Source of the DNA: a virus
Taxonomy: Duplodnaviria > Caudoviricetes
DNA: 64,000 nt
Strand: one strand, 5' to 3'
Virus record (IMG/VR): IMGVR_UViG_2890725172_000001
Location: 46,448 to 110,447 of that record
Shown here one piece after another: positions 1 through 7,196 of the stretch; positions within the stretch are counted from its first letter, which is position 1, and each line of letters begins with the position of its first letter. A program made the translations under genes and the position numbers. The notes below the pieces were generated by a model. It was given only the letters and a program-made list of their open reading frames with translations. It was not told the DNA's origin and did not search any database.

Positions 1-35
1 GTTGATCGCGGCAGAGATATTGCTGAACTGGATAC

Positions 36-491
36 TCACGAGTCCTCGATCTCGTCTGGCAAATGGGCAAGCGCACGGTCGTGATCGGCTTCGATCGCCG
101 CGACGAGCTCGGCCCACTGAGGTGCTGGGGGGAGGGGTGTGTAGGCGCGGGGGTTGATCCACAGCAGGTGGGATTGGCCGATGCTGAACAGCGGATGGGC
201 CAAGCTGGGATCCCCGATGACGACGAGGTCGAGGGCTCCGGTAGCGCGCAAGGTGCGGATCTGCTGAAGCCGGTCAATGTCCGGCGTGGGGTTGTAGGTG
301 ACGTTCGCGTGGCGGTGGAAGCCTTCACGAGTCAGCCAACTAGTCGTGAAACTCTTGTCGTGGTCGGCAAGGATGGTGACCCGGTAGTTGTTGACGAGGG
401 CGTTGTAGAGGGCCTTGCCGTCGTCGTCGGGCAAGCCAGTGAGGGTGTCCCGGAGGATGCCGTCGAGGACGAGCGCGATGTGTCGGCTCAT
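36..491 (-). CDS. HAD-superfamily-like protein (phosphatase fold, possibly degenerate)
   Basis: Start MSRHIALVLDGIL overlaps the upstream stop (ATGA at 488-491); N-terminal strand followed by xDG resembles HAD motif I; C-terminal VVIGDP resembles motif IV. Confidence 0.5.
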   Translation of the reverse strand: MSRHIALVLDGILRDTLTGLPDDDGKALYNALVNNYRVTILADHDKSFTTSWLTREGFHRHANVTYNPTPDIDRLQQIRTLRATGALDLVVIGDPSLAHPLFSIGQSHLLWINPRAYTPLPPAPQWAELVAAIEADHDRALAHLPDEIEDS

Positions 492-1471
492 GTGGTTGCT
501 CCGTGTGTGAGTTGGGCCGAAATCCGTGAAGCGGCGGCGTCCGGGAGGATGTGGCCGTAGACGTTGCGCTGGTACATGGCGTTCGCGTCGGCGCCGATTT
601 TGGTGATCTTCTGGAGTGCGCCGACGACGCCGTTGGCCTTGTGGCTCTGCCACCTGTAGTTGTGCCAGTCGCCGTAGCCCTGGCCGCCCTCGGCGAAGGC
701 GTTGCGGCGGCCGAGATGGATACCCTCGTACAGGCTCTCGGCCTGGGCGACGGCGAGCTTGGCGATCGACAAGGCGTTGGTCCAGGCGCCGGAGCCGGGG
801 ACGGCTCGGCTGGCCTGAGTCGCGGCAGTGTTGTAGCGGTCGACGACGTCCTGGGCGAAGCGCTGCTCGCGGACGATCTGGGATCGCCAGTCGGCCGGGT
901 AGAGCTTGGCCGGGTCGTGCGGCAACTTCGGCGGCCGAACGGTCCAGGTGTCAGAGATCAGGTCGTACGCGGCGTACGGGTGGATTGTTCGGATGTCAGT
1001 GGAGTTCTGGTTGAGGTAGTAAGTGACCTCGTAGGATTGGCCGTGGAAACGCGTCAGCGCGGTTTGCGGCCACAGGTGGTCGCGCAGCTCGGTGTTGATC
1101 ACCGTGGCGATGTCGGCGTTGTCCATGTCGCTGAAGACCGGATTGAGCTTGCGCAGCTGAACCCAATCGGCGCCGAGCAGAACGTCGAGGTCACCGTTTC
1201 CACGGCTGGCCGACCATTGGTAGGTGATACCCGAACCGGCCAACCAGCAGCGAGCCCAGGAATGAGGGGCGTGCCAGCGGGTTGCCATGAAGGCGAAGAG
1301 AGTGCTAACCAGGTGTACCCGGACGTCACCCTTGAGCCTGTCACCGTTGAAGAGGTGAGGGTCAAGAGTTTTCTCAGGGGCCGAGAAATAGCCGGAAGCT
1401 CCCGTTTCGATTCGAATGGGGTCGTGCCCCATCGACTTGCGGAGATAGAAATTCGCGGCGCTTTCTGGCAT
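488..1471 (-). CDS. DNA polymerase beta-superfamily nucleotidyltransferase
   Basis: LAGSGITYQW...GDLDVLL matches the hG[GS]-x-D-h-D signature; third carboxylate candidate in YEVTYY; GGAG RBS. Confidence 0.75.
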   Translation of the reverse strand: MPESAANFYLRKSMGHDPIRIETGASGYFSAPEKTLDPHLFNGDRLKGDVRVHLVSTLFAFMATRWHAPHSWARCWLAGSGITYQWSASRGNGDLDVLLGADWVQLRKLNPVFSDMDNADIATVINTELRDHLWPQTALTRFHGQSYEVTYYLNQNSTDIRTIHPYAAYDLISDTWTVRPPKLPHDPAKLYPADWRSQIVREQRFAQDVVDRYNTAATQASRAVPGSGAWTNALSIAKLAVAQAESLYEGIHLGRRNAFAEGGQGYGDWHNYRWQSHKANGVVGALQKITKIGADANAMYQRNVYGHILPDAAASRISAQLTHGATT

Positions 1472-1544
1472 AACTCCAGAATATCGTCGCTGTGATCAGT
1501 AATCAGAATGCTAGTGAATCAGCACCGGAAAGGGCTGTCAATAG

Positions 1545-1853
1545 ATGCTCACGACCACCGTTATCGTCGCGCTAGTCGTCCTCTGGACCTCGATTGCGTT
1601 TTGGCACGCACACCTGAGCCTCGTGGATTCGAAGAAGCTACAAGCCGCAGACCCGTTAACTCTCTGCGATACCTGCCGAAAGCATCGACGGGACACATAC
1701 CCCCTTACCAAGATGTCGCCGACATTCGTCGCCCTATGGTTTTATCTCACGAGCATCTTCGTATGGTGGGTCGATGCGGTCCCTAGGGCCATCGAATACA
1801 TGCGAGGAATACCGCAACACTCATGTGGTCGTAGCAGGAGGAGGAGCTCATGA
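1545..1853 (+). CDS. hypothetical membrane protein with CxxC
   Basis: GGAAAGG RBS, two hydrophobic segments, ATGA overlap with the next gene. Confidence 0.6.
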   Translation: MLTTTVIVALVVLWTSIAFWHAHLSLVDSKKLQAADPLTLCDTCRKHRRDTYPLTKMSPTFVALWFYLTSIFVWWVDAVPRAIEYMRGIPQHSCGRSRRRSS

Positions 1854-2128
1854 AGATCAAACAGCGTAAGACCAAGCACCCTGCCGCCTATGACCTCGTC
1901 ACTGAGGATGGGGATGTCTGGTACTGCTTTCAATTCGCCTACGAAGGTCTGATCAATCGTGGTGACCGGAAGGACGTTCCCACCTGGTACTGGGATCACC
2001 GCCGTGAGATCGATCTGTATGACTTCTGGCATCTCATGCGTCCTGATGGCAAGTGGGAGAAGTCTTTCACGCACCTCTCCAAGGCGAAGCAGTACCTGGC
2101 CGAAAAACTAGGAGGACAAGCGAAGTGA
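1850..2128 (+). CDS. hypothetical protein
   Basis: AGGAGGAG RBS, translationally coupled. Confidence 0.75.
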   Translation: MKIKQRKTKHPAAYDLVTEDGDVWYCFQFAYEGLINRGDRKDVPTWYWDHRREIDLYDFWHLMRPDGKWEKSFTHLSKAKQYLAEKLGGQAK

Positions 2129-2856
2129 CCACCGAAAAGCGAGCAGAAGAGATTGGTAAGGTCCTCGCCGCCCACATCGAAAAGCTGTCGGCGGACCCGA
2201 TGCAGCTGCTTTCGAAGCAGGATGCCCTCAGGAGGGTAGCCCGGAGGTACAAGGCGAGGATGCACGAAGTGGAGACCCCTCTCTACGACGCCGTCTACTA
2301 CGGGCACCTGGTCATGCTTCAAAGTGCGGTGCAGGGGCGCCATCTCTCACGCCTCCGCCGCCACCCAAAGCCGGAAATCCATCGATTCCAGTGGGACGGC
2401 TTGGTGGACGACGAAAACGACGCTCCAAAAAACGCTGACTTCATCCTGGATAGCACCGGGTACATTCATCGGGGAAAGGAGACCCGACTAACTTATGATC
2501 TTCCAGACGGGCATGTTCATGCCGACGAAGACTCCGTGTGGGTCACCACTCCCGCAAGGTTCCAAGAGATCCTTCAGGCTCTCCGTGAGATGGGCTGGGA
2601 TCGATCGGTCCGTCAGGGTGCTGAGCGGCTTACTCGCAATGCCTTGATCGAAGCCCTCAGCGACGACATCGATCAGATTGCCGGACTGCTGTGGCTGGCG
2701 GGCATCAAGAATCCGGGGTCGGTGTGGGTATGGGCCAACGAAAAGGGAGTTCAGGTGGATCTCAGCACGAAGGGTGAAGAGCAGATTCGCGCTCTCGCCG
2801 AGATCCTGCGTAAGGCCGGAATTCCGACCGACACCAACTGGCGTAAGTTCGTCTAG
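2125..2856 (+). CDS. hypothetical protein
   Basis: GTG start at 2125 with GGAGG RBS and GTGA overlap. Confidence 0.7.
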   Translation: MTTEKRAEEIGKVLAAHIEKLSADPMQLLSKQDALRRVARRYKARMHEVETPLYDAVYYGHLVMLQSAVQGRHLSRLRRHPKPEIHRFQWDGLVDDENDAPKNADFILDSTGYIHRGKETRLTYDLPDGHVHADEDSVWVTTPARFQEILQALREMGWDRSVRQGAERLTRNALIEALSDDIDQIAGLLWLAGIKNPGSVWVWANEKGVQVDLSTKGEEQIRALAEILRKAGIPTDTNWRKFV

Positions 2857-2912
2857 GAGGCCCGACATGGATGGGTTGGAACTTCCGCCGCTTGAAGGAA
2901 AGGAGAATCGAA

Positions 2913-3200
2913 ATGGATTTCACGGATCTTGAAACATCTCTCCAGATGGAGAAGGTCAAGTACACCAAGGAAGAACTCAGGGACGGCACTCAGCTCACGG
3001 TGCCCGCGCGAGACGACGTGGACATCATCATCACGGCGTACGACCGGCACGCAGAGGAAGGGCTGAAGTACCACATCGCCTGCTTCTGGGACGGCGGGGT
3101 GGAAGCGGTACCAGTAGCGATCATGAGCAATGTGAAGATGCTGGCCCGCTACGTGAGCAGCCTGATCGACGACGACACCCTCGACCACTGGATGGACTAG
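2913..3200 (+). CDS. hypothetical protein
   Basis: AAGGAG RBS before ATG 2913. Confidence 0.7.
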   Translation: MDFTDLETSLQMEKVKYTKEELRDGTQLTVPARDDVDIIITAYDRHAEEGLKYHIACFWDGGVEAVPVAIMSNVKMLARYVSSLIDDDTLDHWMD

Positions 3201-3202
3201 CC

Positions 3203-3505
3203 ATGGAAACTGACTACAAACCCGGCGACGAGCCGATTCCCATCGGCTCTGTCGTCGAGTACTTCGGCAGTCCAAGCCCTGGTCGATATCGGGTCGACGA
3301 CCACGCCGACCCGGCCAAGCATCCCTTCCCTCAAGTCTTCAGGGAAACGGACATGGACAAGGCCTATCCGGACAGGACTGCCTACCATCTGTGGCCAGTT
3401 GGAGTACCACACAAGATAGGTAATCGACACCGCTCGGTTAGCTGGGTGCGGCGCACGTCCTTCACCGTGATCTCACGGCCGACAAAAAGCAGCAGCACTT
3501 CTTGA
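3203..3505 (+). CDS. hypothetical protein
   Basis: Starts 2 nt after the previous stop and ends at a terminator. Confidence 0.65.
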   Translation: METDYKPGDEPIPIGSVVEYFGSPSPGRYRVDDHADPAKHPFPQVFRETDMDKAYPDRTAYHLWPVGVPHKIGNRHRSVSWVRRTSFTVISRPTKSSSTS

Positions 3506-3510
3506 GATGT

Positions 3511-3553
3511 AAAAGCCCCCTCTCCAGCCAATTGGCTGGAGAGGGGGCTTTTT
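3511..3553. terminator. bidirectional intrinsic terminator
   Basis: Perfect 42-bp palindrome AAAAGCCCCCTCTCCAGCCAA/TTGGCTGGAGAGGGGGCTTTT between convergent units. Confidence 0.9.
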
Positions 3554-3646
3554 GTGTTTCTGGCGTACGGCGCCAACGCAGTGATCGCCATCGTGCTGTA
3601 CCTTTTGTCCGGCTCAAGGGACAGAAAGGTGAGTCGAACTATACAG

Positions 3647-3720
3647 TACCGACGCAGGGACTTGAACCCTGAACCTCCCGATTTTGAGTCGGGCACCTCT
3701 GCCAGTTGGGCTACGTCGGC
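3647..3720 (-). tRNA. tRNA-Leu(CAA), short variable arm
   Basis: GCCGACG/CGTCGGT acceptor, CCCGA-CTCAAAA-TCGGG anticodon arm, GGTTCAAGTCC T-arm. Confidence 0.9.
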
Positions 3721-3724
3721 CGGG

Positions 3725-3796
3725 CTCCCCATGGAGGGTTCGAACCTCCATTACCAGAGCCAAAATCTGGCGTCCTGCCGATTGGACGAACGGGGA
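3725..3796 (-). tRNA. tRNA-Gln(TTG)
   Basis: CCAGA-TTTTGGC-TCTGG arm, G73. Confidence 0.9.
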
Positions 3797-3797
3797 A

Positions 3798-3873
3798 TGG
3801 CTGACCATCCTGGACTCGAACCAGGGATGGGCGGATTAACAGTCCGCTGCTCTGCCAGCTGAGCTAATGGTCA
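3798..3873 (-). tRNA. tRNA-Asn(GTT)
   Basis: GCGGA-CTGTTAA-TCCGC arm, encoded CCA. Confidence 0.93.
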
Positions 3874-3878
3874 TTGCG

Positions 3879-3952
3879 TGCCGGTGCGAGGACTCGAACC
3901 CCGACTGGCCCGATCCTAAGTCAGGTGCCTCTTCCAATTGGGCTACACCGGC
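3879..3952 (-). tRNA. tRNA-Leu(TAG), short variable arm
   Basis: CCTGA-CTTAGGA-TCGGG arm, A73. Confidence 0.9.
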
Positions 3953-3953
3953 G

Positions 3954-4028
3954 TGCCGACACAGGGACTCGAACCCCGGACCCGCGCGATTAAAAGTCGG
4001 CTGCTCTAACCAGCTGAGCTATGTCGGC
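3954..4028 (-). tRNA. tRNA-Lys(TTT) with bulged anticodon stem
   Basis: GCCGA-CTTTTAA-TCG(C)GC. Confidence 0.85.
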
Positions 4029-4146
4029 AAATTTTGTGGCGCAGAAACCTATTGAGAATGCTTCCCCTCAGGGGGCCTCGACACGATTTCTACCTACTGC
4101 GCATCAGTTAAAGGTGTCATAAGCCTACTCAAGTAAGTCGAACACG

Positions 4147-4218
4147 TACCGACGCGGGGATTCGAACCCCGATTTTCCTGACCCCATGCCAGGCGCCTCT
4201 ACCATTGGGCACATCGGA
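4147..4218 (-). tRNA. atypical tRNA: Leu-like body with TGG at anticodon position (possible pseudo-tRNA)
   Basis: CCTGG-CATGGGG-TCAGG arm with A33; U1-U72 mismatch; position 9 missing; canonical T-arm. Confidence 0.6.
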
Positions 4219-4219
4219 G

Positions 4220-4295
4220 TACCGCCAGCGGGAATCGAACCCGCGCCTTCGAGATTGAAAGTCTCGCGACCCTAACCAACAGAGTCCATGGCGGC
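4220..4295 (-). tRNA. tRNA-Glu(TTC)
   Basis: CGAGA-CTTTCAA-TCTCG arm. Confidence 0.88.
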
Positions 4296-4296
4296 T

Positions 4297-4372
4297 TGGA
4301 GCCGTAGGGGGGATTCGAACCCCCAACATGCTGCTTGGAAGGCAGCCACTCTACCAATTGAGTTACTACAGC
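4297..4372 (-). tRNA. tRNA-Gly(TCC)
   Basis: GCTGC-CTTCCAA-GCAGC arm, U73, encoded CCA. Confidence 0.93.
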
Positions 4373-4373
4373 T

Positions 4374-4450
4374 TGGAGCCGGGACGGGGATTTGAACCCC
4401 GAACCTGCCGCTTACAAGGCGGCTGCTCTATCCAGTTGAGCTATCCCGGC
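4374..4450 (-). tRNA. tRNA-Thr(TGT)
   Basis: GCCGC-CTTGTAA-GCGGC arm, encoded CCA. Confidence 0.93.
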
Positions 4451-4451
4451 G

Positions 4452-4524
4452 TGCCAACGCGAGGAATCGAACCTCGGACCTGTCCCTTTTCAGGGGACCG
4501 CTCTTCCATCTGAGCTACGATGAC
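4452..4524 (-). tRNA. tRNA-Phe(GAA)
   Basis: GTCCC-CTGAAAA-GGGAC arm; one T-T mismatch in the acceptor. Confidence 0.88.
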
Positions 4525-4525
4525 G

Positions 4526-4598
4526 CACTAGCGACGGGACTTGAACCCTCATCAATCTCATCGACAATGAGCCTCCCAGCCAATTGGGCGACGCTAGC
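4526..4598 (-). tRNA. tRNA-Asp(GTC), divergent
   Basis: CTCA-TTGTCGA-TGAG arm, G73, imperfect D and T stems. Confidence 0.7.
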
Positions 4599-4599
4599 T

Positions 4600-4677
4600 T
4601 GGTTGCGGGTGCCGGATTTGAACCGGCGATCCCGGACTTATGAGGCCCGTGAGGACTCCGAACTCCTCTAACCCGCA
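4600..4677 (-). tRNA. tRNA-Met(CAT), initiator-like
   Basis: CGGGC-CTCATAA-GTCCG arm, TGCGGGT/ACCCGCA acceptor, encoded CCA. Confidence 0.88.
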
Positions 4678-4678
4678 G

Positions 4679-4751
4679 TGTGAACGAGCGGAATCGAACC
4701 GCCTCAAAGGGAGTCACATTCCCTTGTGCTAACCATTACACCACATTCACC
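4679..4751 (-). tRNA. tRNA-His(GTG) with encoded G-1 and A73
   Basis: AGGGA-ATGTGAC-TCCCT arm. Confidence 0.85.
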
Positions 4752-4752
4752 A

Positions 4753-4827
4753 TGGATAGTCGGCGGGATTCGAACCCGCGTTTCCGCTTTTGCAGAGCGG
4801 CGTTCTTGGCCTCTGAACTAGCGACTA
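4753..4827 (-). tRNA. tRNA-Cys(GCA), irregular acceptor stem
   Basis: CCGCT-CTGCAAA-AGCGG arm, U73-CCA. Confidence 0.85.
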
Positions 4828-4887
4828 CGTAAAACTTAGCAGGCGTCGATCATCCGACGCATCTGATTTACGGCGAGGTATCGATAC

Positions 4888-5220
4888 CTAGTCGACGACG
4901 TACCAGTCCTCTTCCAGGAGGTCGGTCTGGGAGACGACCCAGGGGACGAACGAACCGTCCGCCGTCCGCATCATGAGGTAGGACCTGAAGACACAGACGG
5001 TGCCCTCGGCGAGGCCTGTGGCCTCGGCCGTGTTCTTGTTGATGGCGATGCCGTCCGGGTAGCCGTTCTGGTGGACGATGAACATGTTCACGCCGTTCCA
5101 GCCCTCGCGGGCCAGCTTCTCGCCGTCCTTGAGGTACTGAAGAGCTTCGCTGAAGGTCAGCTGGATTCGATCGTCGCAGCCGCAGGAGCAGGCTTCTTGG
5201 ATCCACTCGTCGTCTTCCAT
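4888..5220 (-). CDS. tad2: DUF2829 / Thoeris anti-defence 2 (Tad2)-like sponge protein
   Basis: FSEAL..LKDG.KLAREGWNG..MF and VPWVVSQTDLLEEDW motifs typical of DUF2829. Confidence 0.8.
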   Translation of the reverse strand: MEDDEWIQEACSCGCDDRIQLTFSEALQYLKDGEKLAREGWNGVNMFIVHQNGYPDGIAINKNTAEATGLAEGTVCVFRSYLMMRTADGSFVPWVVSQTDLLEEDWYVVD

Positions 5221-5558
5221 CAGGAGCCCCTCAGGCCGGTCGCGGCGAGGATCTGGGCGTTGCGCTGCTGCTCGGCGGCGGCCTGGGCGGCGCGGATCAT
5301 GATCGCATGGGTTGTCATGGCGATCTCCTGGGCTTGGATCCGGCCGATGCCGATGTGCATGGAGGACAGGACCTCTTCTGGGGTGACGTCGCGCTCGGTG
5401 ATGATGGCGTTGGAGTCGAGCAGGCGCCGGTCGGAAGTGGTGACGGCGTGACCGTCGTGGTCGATGTAGGTGACGTAGGCGGTTCTGGCGACGACGGGAC
5501 CGTGGTCGCCGGTGCCGAGGTCGCTCTGACCGAGGTCAGTTGCGCCGGAGGCGTTCAA
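5220..5558 (-). CDS. hypothetical protein
   Basis: Coupled ORF with phage-like codon use. Confidence 0.65.
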   Translation of the reverse strand: MNASGATDLGQSDLGTGDHGPVVARTAYVTYIDHDGHAVTTSDRRLLDSNAIITERDVTPEEVLSSMHIGIGRIQAQEIAMTTHAIMIRAAQAAAEQQRNAQILAATGLRGS

Positions 5559-5568
5559 GTTCGTGTTC

Positions 5569-6090
5569 CTAGTTGGTGTAGTCGTATGTGCCAGCTGCGG
5601 CGCGTTGGCGCTGCATGACGATCGAGTGGTAGGGGCAGAAATCGCACAGGAAGGTGTTGGAGACTGGCCGGGTCGATAGCCCGGCTTCCTTGCGCAATTC
5701 CTTGGTGTCGGGGATGAGCTTCTTGCGGTCGGATCGGTAATCGCCGCAGTTCTTTGTCCGGCCGTGGTATTTCCAGCAGGAGTGGGCGTCGGCCGAGAAT
5801 GTGTTGCGGGTGTCGTAGAACTTCGTGCCGAGTCCGTCGCTACCGCCCGCTGCCATTACCTTGTTGGCCTCGTCGAGAATGGCCTTGCGGTAGGTGGGGT
5901 TTTCCCACTCGCTCTTGGCGATGATCCCGAGCGGCAGGGCGGCGATGTGTGTCTGTCCGCTCTCGGTGGTGTGCCGGGAGGAGATCAGGTATTCGAGTGT
6001 GGTGTCGTATTCGGCGGGACCGTCGTAAAAGGGGAGTTCATCGACGGTCCCGCAGGTGCCACAGAAAAGAAGCCGGATTTTCTCGCTCAT
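5569..6090 (-). CDS. hypothetical Cys-rich (Zn-binding) protein
   Basis: CGTC and CDFCP motifs. Confidence 0.7.
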   Translation of the reverse strand: MSEKIRLLFCGTCGTVDELPFYDGPAEYDTTLEYLISSRHTTESGQTHIAALPLGIIAKSEWENPTYRKAILDEANKVMAAGGSDGLGTKFYDTRNTFSADAHSCWKYHGRTKNCGDYRSDRKKLIPDTKELRKEAGLSTRPVSNTFLCDFCPYHSIVMQRQRAAAGTYDYTN

Positions 6091-6896
6091 AGGGTGAGAG
6101 CCGCCCAGGTGATGATTCCGGCTTCGCCGTCCGCGACGATTCCGGCCTTCGTCTGGAAGTCGATGACGGCCTGCTTGGTCTTGGCTCCGTAGATGCCGTC
6201 GACGGTGAGCTTGGCTCCGGCGGTGTTCAGCAGCTGCTGGAGCTGCTTGATCTTGAGCTGGTCGTCGGGGTTGGTGCCGGAGTGGTTGCGCGGGTCGTCG
6301 GACTTGATGCCGAACCAGTGGTCGGGCGCCAGCGGGAACTTCGGCCGGGTGCTGCCGGGCTTGGTCGGCTTGGATGGCGTGGTCGGTGCCGGGGTCGCCT
6401 TGGTGGCCCAGCGTGGGTAGCCGAAGCCGACGAAGACGTTGTCGTACCTGGCGCAGACGGTGACCTTGTTGGAGATGTTGCCGTCAATGGTGACGACGCG
6501 GCCTTGCTTGTCGCGGCCGAGGACGACGCCGACGTGGTCGACTCCCGCGACGGTGTCGGTGCGCTGGTAGTCGACGAAGGCGATGCTGCCCCGGGTGGCG
6601 GTGTTGCCGAGGCGGCCGTTGCTGGCGAACCATCGGGCGTGGGATGGCGTCCAGGCGAAGCAGCCGACCTGTGCGAGCGCGGCTTCGGCGGCGTCCAGGC
6701 CGCCCTTCTTGCGTCCGGCTTCCCAGGCGGCCCAGCCGGTGAACACGTCGCACCAGGCGGCCTTGTCGAATCCGCTGTCCTTGACGCGGTCGCCGTACCA
6801 GATGCCGTAGGTGCTGGCGCCGTTCTTTTCGCCCTTGCCTTCTTGTGAGAGAAGGACGGCGATGTATTCCTCGGCGGTGATGATCAGGTCGCTCAC
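6087..6896 (-). CDS. endolysin: CHAP domain plus peptidoglycan-binding domain
   Basis: AWCDVF catalytic Cys, DHVGVV, TIDGN; C-terminal LTVDGIYGAKTKQAVIDFQ...ADGEAGIITW. Confidence 0.9.
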   Translation of the reverse strand: MSDLIITAEEYIAVLLSQEGKGEKNGASTYGIWYGDRVKDSGFDKAAWCDVFTGWAAWEAGRKKGGLDAAEAALAQVGCFAWTPSHARWFASNGRLGNTATRGSIAFVDYQRTDTVAGVDHVGVVLGRDKQGRVVTIDGNISNKVTVCARYDNVFVGFGYPRWATKATPAPTTPSKPTKPGSTRPKFPLAPDHWFGIKSDDPRNHSGTNPDDQLKIKQLQQLLNTAGAKLTVDGIYGAKTKQAVIDFQTKAGIVADGEAGIITWAALTL

Positions 6897-7009
6897 CGGA
6901 TCTCCTCGAACTCCGGGAGCTCTACGAGCTCGACCTCGGCGAGGCTGGCGGGCTGCGGACCGTCTTCGGGGCGGATGGCTCCGCCTACGGGTGGGGTGGG
7001 GTAGCTCAC
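6893..7009 (-). CDS. 38-aa acidic micro-ORF coupled to the endolysin
   Basis: GTG start with AGGA RBS, MSYPTPPVGGAIRPEDGPQPASLAEVELVELPEFEEIR, stop overlaps the lysin GTG (GTGA). Confidence 0.5.
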   Translation of the reverse strand: MSYPTPPVGGAIRPEDGPQPASLAEVELVELPEFEEIR

Positions 7010-7027
7010 GTGCGAAGTCCTGATGGG

Positions 7028-7183
7028 TTAGCGGAGGGATTCGGCGCGGCGGGCGGCGCGGAATTCGGGCGCGGTGGGGGCCGAGACGTTTCCGCCGCGA
7101 TCTGGGGTGTCTGTGCGGACGCCCTTTTCGGTCATTCCCTTGCGGAGGTCCGCGTTCATTGACCGTGGGGCTGGTAGAGCCAT
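7028..7183 (-). CDS. small hypothetical protein
   Basis: AGGAGA RBS before MALPAPRS. Confidence 0.6.
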   Translation of the reverse strand: MALPAPRSMNADLRKGMTEKGVRTDTPDRGGNVSAPTAPEFRAARRAESLR

Positions 7184-7196
7184 GGGGGGTCTCCTG

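Noticed and set aside
3382-4717. ORFs overlapping the tRNA array
   Set aside because: Shadow translations of tRNA genes
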